Positions 28,056 to 38,763 are shown, numbered from the stretch's first letter. The stretch: 64,000 nucleotides of DNA from an uncultured Lachnospiraceae bacterium (GCA_944381745.1 CALWMI010000038.1:23934-87933), one strand, 5' to 3'. The notes: generated by a model not told the origin, from the sequence alone. Numbers and translations: made by a program.

Positions 28056-28622
28056 TTAAGCCCCTGGCGGCGCCTGGAAAATCCCGATGGCGGGAGGCGC
28101 TGCCGTGAAGCACAGGAAGGCGGCGAGCCAGAGAGCCAGCAGCAGGTAAGCTGCTGGGGCAGGGAGAGCCCGCTGCCTCTTCACCAAGGAGAAGGAGAGG
28201 AAGAAGGCGGCACAGGTGCTCACCACGAAGAGGAGAATGTCCAGGAAGGGGACGTGGCGGCCCAGGATCCCGGAGTAGGTGTAGAAAATCGCCGGGATGA
28301 GGAGAAGGCCTGCGGTGAGTCCAGCCGCCCGGGCGGCAAACAGGCCGGGATATTTCCCGCGCAGGATGTAGGCCTCCGCCGCCATATAGAGCGCCATGGG
28401 AAAATAGAGCAGCTTCATGTGCTCCCAGGTGGATTCGTTGACTGGCGCAAAATAGGCGAGAACCGGGTTTTGCCCGGAAGCGTCATAGGCAAAATGCCAG
28501 GCGCTGCCGGCCAGGCTGACAAAGAGGATGCCGGCCAGGGTGGAGCGCAGGAGAGGCTTGTAGCTGCCTTCGGCTGCGAGCCTGCGCAGAAAATGGACAT
28601 CCGGTGTGGAAGAATCGTACAT
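28056..28622 (-). CDS. Uncharacterised membrane protein (DUF6512-like)
   Basis: Several TM segments and the F.PVNESTWEH.KL motif recalled from a Firmicutes family. Confidence 0.7.
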   Translation of the reverse strand: MYDSSTPDVHFLRRLAAEGSYKPLLRSTLAGILFVSLAGSAWHFAYDASGQNPVLAYFAPVNESTWEHMKLLYFPMALYMAAEAYILRGKYPGLFAARAAGLTAGLLLIPAIFYTYSGILGRHVPFLDILLFVVSTCAAFFLSFSLVKRQRALPAPAAYLLLALWLAAFLCFTAAPPAIGIFQAPPGA

Positions 28623-28723
28623 GGAGAGCCTCCTTTTCGCGTGTTCGTGTTTTGCCGCGCCGCCTGCAGGGCCGGACGGCGGGGCGTCTGCTATATAGTA
28701 TCCCCGGATTTGGAAAAAAATGA

Positions 28724-28766
28724 TTGACAGACGGATATTTTATGTATATACTTTGAATATCAAAAT
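28724..28766 (+). promoter_or_regulatory. acpP-fab operon promoter overlapped by a FabT-like operator
   Basis: TTGACA 28724-28729, 17-nt spacer, TATACT 28747-28752; operator ACTTTGAATATCAAAAT at 28750-28766. Confidence 0.8.
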
Positions 28767-28796
28767 ATTTGTAATTCAAAACACAAGGAGATCAAG

Positions 28797-29027
28797 ATGT
28801 TAGAGAGAGTGAGAGAGATTATTGCGGAGCAGCTGAATGTGGATGCCAAGGGTATCACGGAGGAGACGTCCTTCAAGGAGGATCTGGGGGCGGACTCCCT
28901 CGATTTGTTTGAGATCGTCATGGCCTTCGAGGACGAGTACAATGTGGAGATCCCTTCGGAGGAGCTGGAGGGGCTTGCCACAGTGGGGGACGTCCTGAAT
29001 TACCTGAAGGAAAAGGGCGTAGAGTAA
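28797..29027 (+). CDS. acpP: Acyl carrier protein
   Basis: DLGADSLD phosphopantetheine attachment motif; 76 aa, acidic. Confidence 0.97.
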   Translation: MLERVREIIAEQLNVDAKGITEETSFKEDLGADSLDLFEIVMAFEDEYNVEIPSEELEGLATVGDVLNYLKEKGVE

Positions 29028-29057
29028 ATAGTGCGGGAAGAGAAGGAGGCGTCGCCG

Positions 29058-29987
29058 GTGAAGACGAGAATCACAGAGCTGTTGGGAATCCAATATCCGA
29101 TTATCCAGGGAGGGATGGCCTGGGTGGCTGACCATCATCTGGCGGCAGCCGTGTCTGAGGCTGGAGGCTTCGGCATCCTGGGCGCGGCCAATGCGCCGGC
29201 GGAGGTGGTCCGGGAGGAGATCCGCCAGGTGCGGGAGATGACGGATAAGCCCTTCGGCGTCAACATCATGCTCTTAAGCCCCCATGCCGCCGAGGTGGCG
29301 CAGATGGCCGCCGAGGAGAAGGTGAGCGCGGTGACCACTGGGGCGGGGAGCCCGGAGAAATACTTAAAGCTCTGGCAGGATGCCGGAGTCCGGGTGATCC
29401 CGGTGGTGGCCTCGGTGGCCCTGGCCCGGCGCATGGAGCGCTGCCATGTGGACGCTGTGGTGGCGGAGGGCATGGAGTCCGGCGGCCATATCGGAAGCCA
29501 GACGACAATGACCCTGGTGCCCCAGGTGGTGGACGCCGTGCAGATTCCGGTGATCGCGGCCGGAGGAATCGCGGACGGACGGGGATTTGCGGCGGCCCGG
29601 ATGCTGGGTGCAGAGGGCGTGCAGATGGGGACGGTGTTCGCAGCCTCCCGGGAGGCTGCCGTCCATGAGAACTACAAGCAGCGGATTCTGAAGGCGAAGG
29701 ATATCGACTCGGAGGTGACCGGAATGAGCCTGGGGCACCCGATCCGCTCCCTGCGCAACCGGATGACCAGAGAGTATCTGCGCATGGAGAAGGAGGGAGC
29801 CACCTTTGAGGAGCTGGAAAGCATGACCGTGGGCACGCTCCGCAAGGCAGTGGTGGAAGGCGATGTGATGGACGGCACGGTGATGGCCGGGCAGATCGCC
29901 GGTATGATCAAGGAAGAGAAGAGCTGCCGGGATATCATTGAAGGGATCATGCGGCAGGCGGAGGAACTGATGGGAAGGGCTGTCTAG
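29058..29987 (+). CDS. fabK: Enoyl-ACP reductase II
   Basis: PIIQGGMAW, EGMESGGHIG, AAGGIADGRG and MAGQIAG motifs; GTG start after AAGGAGG. Confidence 0.95.
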   Translation: MKTRITELLGIQYPIIQGGMAWVADHHLAAAVSEAGGFGILGAANAPAEVVREEIRQVREMTDKPFGVNIMLLSPHAAEVAQMAAEEKVSAVTTGAGSPEKYLKLWQDAGVRVIPVVASVALARRMERCHVDAVVAEGMESGGHIGSQTTMTLVPQVVDAVQIPVIAAGGIADGRGFAAARMLGAEGVQMGTVFAASREAAVHENYKQRILKAKDIDSEVTGMSLGHPIRSLRNRMTREYLRMEKEGATFEELESMTVGTLRKAVVEGDVMDGTVMAGQIAGMIKEEKSCRDIIEGIMRQAEELMGRAV

Positions 29988-30116
29988 GGGACAGCCGGGA
30001 CAATACAGGAGATTGGATAGGGAGAGGGTGCCGCAGCGGGCAGCCTCTCCCTATATGGAGGGCTTTCCCGGCAGCCGGACGGACGTCTGGCAAAGGGAGG
30101 GCGGATAGGAGCAGAT

Positions 30117-31049
30117 ATGGGAAAGATTGCATTTGTTTTCCCGGGCCAGGGGGCCCAGTACCTGGGGATGGGAAAAGATTTCTATGAGAGGGAAGCGGTG
30201 TGCCGGGAGGTGTTCCAGGAGGCGTCGGAGGCAGCTGGACTGGATGTGGCAAAGCTGTGCTTTGAGCAGGAGGAGAAACTCCACCAGACCGAGTACACCC
30301 AGATTGCCATGCTGGCGGTGGAGGCTGCTATCCTGGCCGCGGCGCAGGCGCGCGGGCTGCAGGCGGATGTGACAGCGGGCCTTAGCCTGGGAGAATACGG
30401 AGCCTTGATCGCCAGCGGGGCGATGAAGCCCCGGGATGCCTTCCGGGCGGTGAGAAGGAGGGGCATCCTGATGCAGGAGGCCGTGCCGGAGGGAGGAGCG
30501 ATGGCCGCCGTCCTGGGACTGGACGGGGAGACAGCGGCCCGTGTCTGTGAGGAGACGGCGGGAGCCGTGTCGGTGGCCAACTATAACTGCCCGGGGCAGA
30601 TTGTCATCACCGGGGAGCAGCAGGCGGTGGAGAGAGCGTGTGAAGGGATGCGGGAAGCTGGCGCGAAGCGCACGGTGCCGCTGAAGGTGAGCGGGCCTTT
30701 TCACTCCCCTCTGTTAGAAAAGGCTGGCCAGGAGCTGGGCCAGGTGCTGGCACAGATGGAGTTCGGCCCGATGAAGATTCCGTACCTGACCAATGTGACG
30801 GCGGACTATGTGAGGGATCCTGCGGACATCCCGGGGCTGCTTATGCGCCAGGTGGCTTCGCCGGTGCTGTGGCAGCCAAGCGTGGAGCGGATGATTGCGG
30901 ACGGGACGGATATCTTTGTGGAGATGGGGCCGGGCCGGACGCTGACAGGTTTCCTGCGCAAGATCAGCCGGGAAGCGAAGGGGTATTCGGTGGAAAAATG
31001 GGAAGATCTGGAGAAGGCGGCGGCAGCCGCCGGAAAGGAGCGGCCATGA
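30117..31049 (+). CDS. fabD: Malonyl-CoA:ACP transacylase
   Basis: FPGQGAQ, GLSLGEY, ANYNCPGQ and VSGPFHS motifs. Confidence 0.96.
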   Translation: MGKIAFVFPGQGAQYLGMGKDFYEREAVCREVFQEASEAAGLDVAKLCFEQEEKLHQTEYTQIAMLAVEAAILAAAQARGLQADVTAGLSLGEYGALIASGAMKPRDAFRAVRRRGILMQEAVPEGGAMAAVLGLDGETAARVCEETAGAVSVANYNCPGQIVITGEQQAVERACEGMREAGAKRTVPLKVSGPFHSPLLEKAGQELGQVLAQMEFGPMKIPYLTNVTADYVRDPADIPGLLMRQVASPVLWQPSVERMIADGTDIFVEMGPGRTLTGFLRKISREAKGYSVEKWEDLEKAAAAAGKERP

Positions 31050-31795
31050 GGAGATTGCTGGAGGGGAGGACAGCCCTGGTGACAGGAGCCTCCAGAGGGA
31101 TTGGCCGGGCAGTGGCGGAAGCCTTCGCCCGGGAGGGAGCCCTGGTGGCGGTGAATTACTGCGGTTCCCTGGGGAAGGCCCAGGAGACAAAGGAGCGGAT
31201 TGAAGAGCTGGGAGGCCGGGCATGGCTCTTCCAGTGCGATGTGGGGAAGGCCCAGGAGGCAGAGCAGATGGTCAAAGCGGTCATCGCAGAGCTGGGCAGG
31301 CTGGATATCCTGGTGAACAACGCGGGGGTTACCAGGGATAACCTGATCCTGCGCATGAAGGAAGAGGAGTACGACCAGGTGATGGACACCAACCTGAAGG
31401 GGGCTTTCCTGACCATCCGCGCGGCAGTCAGGCAGATGGTGAAGCAGAGATACGGCAGGATCATCAACCTGTCCTCCGTGTCCGGCCGCCTGGGAAATGC
31501 GGGGCAGAGCAACTACAGCGCCTCCAAGGCGGGCGTGATTGGCCTTACAAAGGCGGCGGCCAGGGAGCTGGCCAGCCGGGGGATAACGGTAAACGCCATC
31601 GCCCCGGGCTATATCGCCACGGACATGACGGCGGTGCTGCCGGAGAAGACGAGGGAGGCGATCACAGCCCAGATCCCGCTGGGGAGAGTGGGAATCCCTG
31701 AGGAGGTGGCGGCGGCGGCGGTTTTCCTGGCGTCGGATCTGGCCGCCTATATCACCGGGCAAGTGCTGTCTGTGGACGGCGGCATGTATATGTGA
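31046..31795 (+). CDS. fabG: 3-oxoacyl-ACP reductase
   Basis: TGASRGIG, NNAGVTRD and NYSASKAG SDR motifs; ATGA overlap with fabD. Confidence 0.96.
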   Translation: MRRLLEGRTALVTGASRGIGRAVAEAFAREGALVAVNYCGSLGKAQETKERIEELGGRAWLFQCDVGKAQEAEQMVKAVIAELGRLDILVNNAGVTRDNLILRMKEEEYDQVMDTNLKGAFLTIRAAVRQMVKQRYGRIINLSSVSGRLGNAGQSNYSASKAGVIGLTKAAARELASRGITVNAIAPGYIATDMTAVLPEKTREAITAQIPLGRVGIPEEVAAAAVFLASDLAAYITGQVLSVDGGMYM

Positions 31796-31900
31796 CAAAG
31801 ATGCGATAAAGATGTGACAAGGGTGAGGCAAGGGAGGGGGCGCTTGTGAAAAGTGCCCTGCATCCCCGCGCCAGCAGAAGGGAGACAGGAGGAAGAAGAG

Positions 31901-33136
31901 ATGAGCAGGAGAGTCGTAGTGACCGGTATGGGGGCGATCACGCCCATCGGCAGCAGTGTGGGGGAATTCTGGGAGGGCGTGAAGGAGCAGAGGATTGGCT
32001 TTGCCCCCATCACCCATTTTGACGCGTCGGAATATAAATGCAGGCTGGCCGCAGAGGTGAAGAATTTCCAGGCGAAGGACTACATGGACGCCCGGGCGGC
32101 CAGGCGGATGGAGCCTTTCTGCCAGTATGCGGTGGCGGCGGCGAAGGAAGCCCTGGAGCAGTCTGGCATCCGCATGGAGGAGGAGGATCCCTACATGGCC
32201 GGGTGCGCCGTGGGCTCCGGCGTGGGCAGCATGCAGGCGATGGAGCGGGAGCACAGGAAAATGCTGGAGAAGGGGCCGGGCCGGGTGAACCCGCTGTTCA
32301 TCCCGCTGCTGATCTCCAACATGGCGGCAGGCAACATCTCCATCCAGTTCGGCCTGAAAGGGAAGAGCATTAATGTGGTGACCGCCTGTGCCACCGGGAC
32401 CCACTGCATCGGGGAAGCCTTCCGCACGATCCAGTATGGGGATGCGGATATTATGGTGGCGGGAGGGACTGAGAGCGCCGTCACGCCCATGGGGATCAGC
32501 GGCTTTACCGCGCTGACGGCGCTGAGCAGCTGTACAGACCCCAAGCGATGTTCCCTCCCTTTTGACAAGGACCGCAGCGGTTTTGTGATGGGAGAGGGGG
32601 CGGCTGTGGTGGTGCTGGAGGAGCTGTCCCACGCCCAGGCCAGGGGAGCGAAAATCCTGGCGGAGGTGATCGGCTACGGGGCGACCAGCGATGCTTACCA
32701 CATCACCTCCCCAGCGGAGGATGGGGCAGGAGCTGCCCGGGCGATGATGAACGCCCTGAAGGACGGCGGCATTTCCCCGGAGGAGCTCACCTACATCAAC
32801 GCCCACGGCACCGGTACACATCTCAACGACCTGTTTGAGACGAGAGCGGTGAAGCTGGCCTTTGGGAGCCATGCCTATGACCTGCGGATCAACTCCACCA
32901 AGTCCATGGTGGGCCATCTGCTGGGTGCGGCGGGGGCGCTGGAGTTCATCACCTGCGTGAAGGAGATGGAGGAGGGCTATATCCATCCCACTGTGGGACT
33001 GCAGGAGACAGAAGAAGAGCTGGATCTCAACTATGTGCCGGGCAGCCCCCTGCTGGAAGAGATCCCTTACGCCCTGAGCAATTCCCTGGGCTTTGGCGGG
33101 CACAACGCAAGCCTGCTGCTAAAAAAATGGAGGTGA
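31901..33136 (+). CDS. fabF: 3-oxoacyl-ACP synthase II
   Basis: RRVVVTGMG, TACATG, NAHGTGT and SNSLGFGGHN motifs. Confidence 0.96.
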   Translation: MSRRVVVTGMGAITPIGSSVGEFWEGVKEQRIGFAPITHFDASEYKCRLAAEVKNFQAKDYMDARAARRMEPFCQYAVAAAKEALEQSGIRMEEEDPYMAGCAVGSGVGSMQAMEREHRKMLEKGPGRVNPLFIPLLISNMAAGNISIQFGLKGKSINVVTACATGTHCIGEAFRTIQYGDADIMVAGGTESAVTPMGISGFTALTALSSCTDPKRCSLPFDKDRSGFVMGEGAAVVVLEELSHAQARGAKILAEVIGYGATSDAYHITSPAEDGAGAARAMMNALKDGGISPEELTYINAHGTGTHLNDLFETRAVKLAFGSHAYDLRINSTKSMVGHLLGAAGALEFITCVKEMEEGYIHPTVGLQETEEELDLNYVPGSPLLEEIPYALSNSLGFGGHNASLLLKKWR

Positions 33137-33142
33137 CGGCGT

Positions 33143-33619
33143 ATGGAACTGGAGAGCATTATCAAGCTGATACAGACTGTGTCGGAGTCCTCTCTGACCA
33201 GTTTTACCCTGGAGGAGGGCAACATGAGGATCTCCCTCACGCGGGGAGGTACACCGGAGGTCACGGAGGAAGGCCGGCAGGTGGCAGTGCCGGAGGCGGA
33301 TGCTGGGAAGGCAAGCCGCGGGCCTATGGCCGGGACAGACGGGGAGGACAGAAGCCGTGAGGCAGAGAGGGACGCAGAGGAAGAAGGCCAGTGGGTGGCA
33401 AGCCCGCTGGTGGGAACCTTCTACGCAGCGGCCTCCCCGGAGGAGGAGCCCTATGTGCGGGTGGGCGACGCCGTGAAGAAAGGGCAGATCCTGGGCATTG
33501 TGGAGGCCATGAAGCTGATGAACGAGATCGAGAGCGAGCACGATGGGATCGTGAGGGAAATCCGCGTGGAAAACGGCCAGATGGTGGAATACGGGCAGCC
33601 CATGTTCCTGATCGGATAG
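33143..33619 (+). CDS. accB: Acetyl-CoA carboxylase biotin carboxyl carrier protein
   Basis: SPLVGTFY and EAMKLMNEI biotinylation motif. Confidence 0.95.
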   Translation: MELESIIKLIQTVSESSLTSFTLEEGNMRISLTRGGTPEVTEEGRQVAVPEADAGKASRGPMAGTDGEDRSREAERDAEEEGQWVASPLVGTFYAAASPEEEPYVRVGDAVKKGQILGIVEAMKLMNEIESEHDGIVREIRVENGQMVEYGQPMFLIG

Positions 33620-33638
33620 TAGGCTGACGGGCAGAGAC

Positions 33639-33740
33639 ACAGATAGGGAAGATGGACAGATAGGGAAGATGGACAGATAGGGAAGATGGGCGGATAAGGA
33701 AGACGGGCAGATAAGGAAGATGGACGGATAGGGAGATGGA
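33639..33740 (+). repeat. ~6 x 17-nt intergenic tandem repeat (acagatagggaagatgg)
   Basis: Units start at 33639, 33656, 33673, 33690, 33707 and 33724. Confidence 0.88.
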
Positions 33741-33783
33741 CGGAGGAATGGATAAGAAGATGGATGAAAATAAGGGTGAAAAT

Positions 33784-34236
33784 ATGGACAGACAGGCGAA
33801 CCAGCAGGTAGGACGGCTGGGCATCAAAGAGATTATGGAGATCATCCCCCACAGGCAGCCGTTCCTGCTGATTGACACGGTGGAGGAGTTGGAGCCGGGA
33901 AAGCGGGCGGTGAGCAGGAAGTGCGTCACCTACAATGAGCCGTTTTTTGCCGGACATTTTCCGGGGGAGCCGGTGATGCCGGGGGTGCTGATCATTGAGG
34001 CGATGGCGCAGACCGGCGCGGTGGCGCTTCTGAGCACAGAGAATTTCCGGGGGAGGACTGCCTACTTTGGCGGTATCCGTTCCGCGCGCTTTAAAGGGAA
34101 GGTCGTCCCGGGGGATGTGCTGGAGATGGAAGTGGAGATCGAGAAGCTGCGCGGCCCGGTGGGAATCGGAAAGGGAACCGCGAGAGTGGACGGCAAGGTC
34201 GTGGCGGTAGGAGAGCTAACCTTTGCCGTGGGCTGA
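33784..34236 (+). CDS. fabZ: 3-hydroxyacyl-ACP dehydratase
   Basis: [11 protein letters not shown] and [20 protein letters not shown] motifs; start uncertain (33736 or 33784). Confidence 0.95.
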   Translation: MDRQANQQVGRLGIKEIMEIIPHRQPFLLIDTVEELEPGKRAVSRKCVTYNEPFFAGHFPGEPVMPGVLIIEAMAQTGAVALLSTENFRGRTAYFGGIRSARFKGKVVPGDVLEMEVEIEKLRGPVGIGKGTARVDGKVVAVGELTFAVG

Positions 34237-34364
34237 GGACTGTGCGGACAGGCGCGTCCAGCGCAGGCGGATATAGGCTGCGGAGGGCGGCGCGCCTGGT
34301 GCAGGCGGATACTGACTGAGCGAGCGGCGCGTCCAGCTCAGGCAGGAAGAAGGCGGATGAAAAG

Positions 34365-35705
34365 ATGTTTCAGAAATTATTGATTGCAAACCGGGGAGAG
34401 ATTGCGGTGCGGATTATCCGGGCCTGCCGGGAGATGGGGATCCGCACGGTAGCCGTGTACTCGGAGGCAGACCGGGAGGCACTGCACACCCAGCTGGCCG
34501 ATGAGGCTGTCTGCATCGGGCCGGCGCTGGCAAAGGAGAGCTACCTGGATATGGAGCGGATTTTGAGCGCTGCGGTGGCCACCCATGCGGAGGCCATCCA
34601 CCCAGGATTTGGCTTCCTCTCGGAGAACAGCCGCTTCGCCCAGGCGTGCGGGCGCTGCGGGATTACGTTCATCGGGCCGGACGCCCGGATGATCCAGAGC
34701 ATGGGCAACAAGGCCCAGGCGAGGAAGACGATGGTGGAGGCAGGCATCCCAGTTATCCCGGGAACCAGGGAGCCGGTGCAGGATGCAGAGGAAGCCGCTG
34801 CAAGGGCAGAGGCAATCGGCTATCCGGTCATGGTCAAGGCAGCCCTGGGAGGCGGCGGCAAGGGAATGCGCACCGCCTGGACGCAGGAGGAGCTGACGGA
34901 GAAATTCCAGACGGCGCAGCTGGAGGCGAAGGCTGCCTTCGGGGGCGGGACGATGTATCTGGAAAAATATGTGCAGAGCCCGCGCCATGTGGAGGTACAG
35001 ATCTTGGCGGACCGGCATGGCCATACGCTCTATCTGGGTACCCGGGACTGCTCGGTGCAGCGCGGGCACCAGAAGGTGGTGGAGGAGGCGCCCTGTCAGG
35101 CAATCTCCCAGGAGACTGCCCGAAAAATGGGAGAGACTGCCGTGCGCGCCGCGCGGGCGGTGGGCTATGTGAACGCCGGAACAGTGGAATTCCTGGTGGA
35201 CAAGGATGAAAAGTTTTATTTTATGGAGATGAACACCCGAATCCAGGTGGAGCATCCGGTGACGGAGATGGTGACCGGGCTGGATCTGATCAAGGAGCAG
35301 ATCCGGATTGCCGCCGGGGAGAAGCTGTCCCTGTCCCAGGAGGATGTAGCCGTCGGCGGCCATGCCATCGAGTGCCGCATCAATGCCGAGGATCCGGAGC
35401 GGAAGTTCCTCCCGTGTCCGGGAACCATTTCCTACCTGTACCTGCCGGGCGGCTGCGGAGTCCGGGTGGACAGCGCCGTGTACCCGGGCTATACGGTTCC
35501 TCCGTACTACGATTCCATGCTGGTCAAGCTGATCGTCCACGGGAAAGACCGCCAGGAGGCGCTGGCCAAGATGCACAGCGCCCTGGGGGAGGTCGTCCTG
35601 GAGGGCGTGAAAACCAATGTGGATTTCCTGTACCGCATTCTGGAACACCCGGTGTTCCGAGAGGGGCAGGCAGGGACAGATTTTATTGAGAAATATCTGC
35701 AGTGA
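34365..35705 (+). CDS. accC: Biotin carboxylase
   Basis: LIANRGEIA, GGGGKGMR, EMNTRIQVEH and PYYDSM motifs. Confidence 0.96.
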   Translation: MFQKLLIANRGEIAVRIIRACREMGIRTVAVYSEADREALHTQLADEAVCIGPALAKESYLDMERILSAAVATHAEAIHPGFGFLSENSRFAQACGRCGITFIGPDARMIQSMGNKAQARKTMVEAGIPVIPGTREPVQDAEEAAARAEAIGYPVMVKAALGGGGKGMRTAWTQEELTEKFQTAQLEAKAAFGGGTMYLEKYVQSPRHVEVQILADRHGHTLYLGTRDCSVQRGHQKVVEEAPCQAISQETARKMGETAVRAARAVGYVNAGTVEFLVDKDEKFYFMEMNTRIQVEHPVTEMVTGLDLIKEQIRIAAGEKLSLSQEDVAVGGHAIECRINAEDPERKFLPCPGTISYLYLPGGCGVRVDSAVYPGYTVPPYYDSMLVKLIVHGKDRQEALAKMHSALGEVVLEGVKTNVDFLYRILEHPVFREGQAGTDFIEKYLQ

Positions 35706-35783
35706 CAGATGGCGGCGTTGGCCGGGACAGAAGGCCAGGGCCAGGAGGACAGGGCCTGACAAACTGTGACAGGAGACGAGAAT

Positions 35784-37580
35784 ATGTCAGTATTGCATTT
35801 TCGGAAGGGCAACTATATATCGCTGAGCCGGGGGGAGAGGAGGCCGAATGTGCCGGATGGGCTGTTCGTCAAATGCCCCTCCTGCCGGGAGGCACTCTAC
35901 AAGGAGGATGTGGCGGCCAACCACTACAGCTGTTATAAATGCGGGGCTTATTTCCGGGTGAGCGCCGGCAACCGGCTGCGGATGGTCGTGGACAGGAAGA
36001 GCTTCCGCGCCTGGGACGAGGAGCTTGCCCAGGAAAATCCCCTGTCCTATCCGGGCTACGAGGAGAAGCTTAGGGAGCTGAAAAGCCGCACCCACCTGCC
36101 GGAGGCGGTGGTTACGGGGAGCGCCCTGATCGGCGGTATCCCGGCGGCAGTGGGAGTGTGCGACACCCGCTTCCTCATGGGAAGCATGGGGAGGCAGGTG
36201 GGGGAGAAAATCACCCGGGCCTTTGAGCGGGCCACAGCGGAGCGAAAGCCCGTGATCCTGTTCTGCGCCTCGGGCGGCGCGCGGATGCAGGAGGGGCTGG
36301 CGTCCCTCATGCAGATGGCTAAGACCGCTGCGGCGGTTAAGCGCCACAGCGAGGCCGGGCTTCTCTATATTTCTGTGCTGACAGACCCCACCACAGGGGG
36401 CGTGACTGCAAGCTTCGCCATGCTGGGGGATGTGATCCTGGCGGAGCCGGGAGCCTTGATCGGCTTTGCCGGCCCACGGGTGATTGAGCAGACCATCGGA
36501 CAGAAGCTGCCCGAGGGCTTCCAGAGGGCGGAATTCCTGCAGGAGTGCGGCTTTGTGGACGCCATTGTCCGGCGGGAGGAGCTGAAGGAGACGCTTGTGA
36601 AGCTGCTGCGGCTTCACGGATATGGGAAGACCGATGCAGGCCAGGCAGCTCCAGGGCAGGCGGAGAAGCCGGGGAAACCGGCGGAGGATATCCGGAAGGC
36701 GGACAGCGCGGGGACGGCGGAGGACATCCGGAAGGCGGACAGCGCCTGGACGGCGGAAGCGCGCAGGGGAGGACGCCTGCCCTCCTATGAGCCGGAGCCG
36801 AGGGACGCCTGGGAGCGGGTGAAGCTGTCCCGCATGGGCAGCCGCCTCACAAGCCTGGACTATATCGGGGAGCTGTTCCAGGAGTTCCTGGAGCTTCACG
36901 GGGACAGAGGCTCGAAGGATGACGAGGCTGTGGTGGGCGGCCTGGCCTTCTTCGAGGGAAGGCCGGTGACGGTGATTGGCGTCCAGAAGGGAAAAAACAC
37001 GAAGGAGAATATCCGCAGGAACTTCGGCATGCCCTCCCCTGAGGGCTACCGCAAGGCGCTGCGGCTGATGAAGGAGGCTGAGAAGTTCGGAAGGCCGGTG
37101 ATCTGCTTCGTGGATACGCCGGGAGCCTACTGCGGCCTGGAGGCGGAAGAGCGGGGACAGGGGGAGGCCATCGCCAGGAACCTGATGGAGATGTCCGCCC
37201 TCCGGGTGCCGGTGCTGAGTATCTTCATCGGGGAGGGAGGCAGCGGGGGCGCGCTGGCGCTGGCCGTGGCCAACCAGGTGTGGATGCTGGAGAACGCCAC
37301 CTACTCGATCCTGTCGCCGGAGGGTTTTGCGTCGATTCTATGGAAGGACAGCCGCAGGGCCAGGGAGGCAGCCGGTTTCATGGGCATGACGGCGGACGCC
37401 CTCAAGAAGGCGGGCTTTGTGGAGGAGGTCATCCCGGAGTTCGGGACGGCAAAGGCAGAGACGCTCCCGGACATTGCCAAGTACCTTCGCCCAAGGCTGG
37501 CCGCGTTCCTTGCGCAGTACGGGAGCATGGAGCCGGAGGCGCTGGCAGAGCAGAGGTACGAGCGGTTCCGGAGGATGTAG
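35784..37580 (+). CDS. accD: Fused acetyl-CoA carboxyltransferase beta-alpha (AccD-AccA)
   Basis: Zn-finger C..C and SGGARMQEG (AccD), then [19 protein letters not shown] and ISPEG-like (AccA) in one ORF; the linker has a 2 x 36-nt repeat at 36681-36752. Confidence 0.93.
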   Translation: MSVLHFRKGNYISLSRGERRPNVPDGLFVKCPSCREALYKEDVAANHYSCYKCGAYFRVSAGNRLRMVVDRKSFRAWDEELAQENPLSYPGYEEKLRELKSRTHLPEAVVTGSALIGGIPAAVGVCDTRFLMGSMGRQVGEKITRAFERATAERKPVILFCASGGARMQEGLASLMQMAKTAAAVKRHSEAGLLYISVLTDPTTGGVTASFAMLGDVILAEPGALIGFAGPRVIEQTIGQKLPEGFQRAEFLQECGFVDAIVRREELKETLVKLLRLHGYGKTDAGQAAPGQAEKPGKPAEDIRKADSAGTAEDIRKADSAWTAEARRGGRLPSYEPEPRDAWERVKLSRMGSRLTSLDYIGELFQEFLELHGDRGSKDDEAVVGGLAFFEGRPVTVIGVQKGKNTKENIRRNFGMPSPEGYRKALRLMKEAEKFGRPVICFVDTPGAYCGLEAEERGQGEAIARNLMEMSALRVPVLSIFIGEGGSGGALALAVANQVWMLENATYSILSPEGFASILWKDSRRAREAAGFMGMTADALKKAGFVEEVIPEFGTAKAETLPDIAKYLRPRLAAFLAQYGSMEPEALAEQRYERFRRM

Positions 37581-37608
37581 GAAGGGGAGGCGGCATGATG
37601 TGCGGCCG

Positions 37609-37679
37609 CATCCCCGAAAAACAAGGCGGCCAATCCCTCAAAGGACTTGGCCGCCGAAGCTTAAGATTTGTTTCGGGAG
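37609..37679. terminator. Long hairpin after accDA (terminator or element end)
   Basis: GGCGGCCAA / TTGGCCGCC inner stem and CCCGAAAAACAA / TTGTTTCGGG outer arms. Confidence 0.5.
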
Positions 37680-37826
37680 TTTCATTTTTGGTGAAAATGT
37701 AATCGGGGCCTCTTTTTACAGGCCTCTTTTTATTGTAGAATTCTTGTTGATCCCATGTTACAATATATTATCTGATTCGTGAAAAAAGTGAACGCGTTTT
37801 CTTGAGGTTTTCTGGAGAAAGAGAAT

Positions 37827-38039
37827 ATGCTGAGGAACAATATTGAATTGGACGTCAAGATAAAGTGTATCGAGCAGAATAAGCCGTAGTCTAAGATTGC
37901 GGAAGAAATCGGAACGTCTGCTCCGTATGGGAGCAGGATTGTGAACAGCGGAGACAAGGTGCTGAATAAGACCTTTGTTCAGATCATGGAGTCTCTGGGG
38001 TATGATGTGGAATTGACTTATGTGAAGCGGGAGGAATAG
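37827..38039 (+). pseudogene. Small XRE-like HTH protein interrupted by an in-frame TAG at 37887-37889
   Basis: Manual translation MLRNNIELDVKIKCIEQNKP*SKIAEEIGTSAPY..NKTFVQIMESLGYDVELTYVKREE; resembles a common Clostridiales ~70-aa HTH family. Confidence 0.7.
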
Positions 38040-38130
38040 GGGAGGGCGTTTGATTTCTCTCAGCAATGACAGGAGAGTTGCTCCTGAGAAGCTCAAAACG
38101 GTAGCTAGGAAGTATAGGAGTATTTGGGAT

Positions 38131-38733
38131 ATGAAAACAGTGCTTTTACATGGATTAGGCCAGACAGCTCATGATTGGGATGCAGTAATCAACCGTGCAG
38201 CCCTCCCAGATATCGATTGTCCGGAACTGCTTGCCCTTACGAAGGAAGAATTGACATATTCCGCTGTTTTAGCGGGATTGGAAAACCGGTATGCGGATAT
38301 GGAGGAACCTTTTCGGATCTGCGGACTTTCTCTAGGGGCGATTCTCGCGCTGGACTATGCAATACGACACAGGGAAAAAGTGGATTCGCTGATTCTGATC
38401 GGCGTGCAGATAAAGGTCCCGACTCTGCTCATTGACATTCAAAATCGGCTCTTTCGCTGGATGCCAAAGAAAGTTTTTTCAGATATGGGTGTCTCAAAAG
38501 AGAATATGATCCGGCTGTCCCATTCCATGCGCTCCCTTGATTTTACGCACAGCCTGGAAGAAGTCAGATGTCCTGTAAAGATCCTGTGCGGAGAAAAAGA
38601 CAGGGCAAACCGGAAAGCCTCGAAGCAGCTTAGCAGGCTGCTGCCACAGGCAGAATTACATATGATTCCAGGCGCAGGACACGAGATTAACAAATGTGCG
38701 CCGGAGGCGGTAGCAAAGATGCTGAAGGGTTGA
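38131..38733 (+). CDS. Alpha/beta hydrolase
   Basis: LLHGLGQ, GLSLGA nucleophile elbow, GEKD and AGHE motifs; lower GC than the flanking genes. Confidence 0.85.
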   Translation: MKTVLLHGLGQTAHDWDAVINRAALPDIDCPELLALTKEELTYSAVLAGLENRYADMEEPFRICGLSLGAILALDYAIRHREKVDSLILIGVQIKVPTLLIDIQNRLFRWMPKKVFSDMGVSKENMIRLSHSMRSLDFTHSLEEVRCPVKILCGEKDRANRKASKQLSRLLPQAELHMIPGAGHEINKCAPEAVAKMLKG

Positions 38734-38763
38734 TCTGGAGAAGGCAGAGAAAATTACACAATC

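Noticed and set aside
30806-33103. Very long antisense ORFs (for example 765 aa here, 743 aa opposite ppk1, 619 aa opposite feoB)
   Set aside because: Shadow frames expected from high GC3 codon bias opposite well-conserved genes; the translations are low-complexity with no motifs
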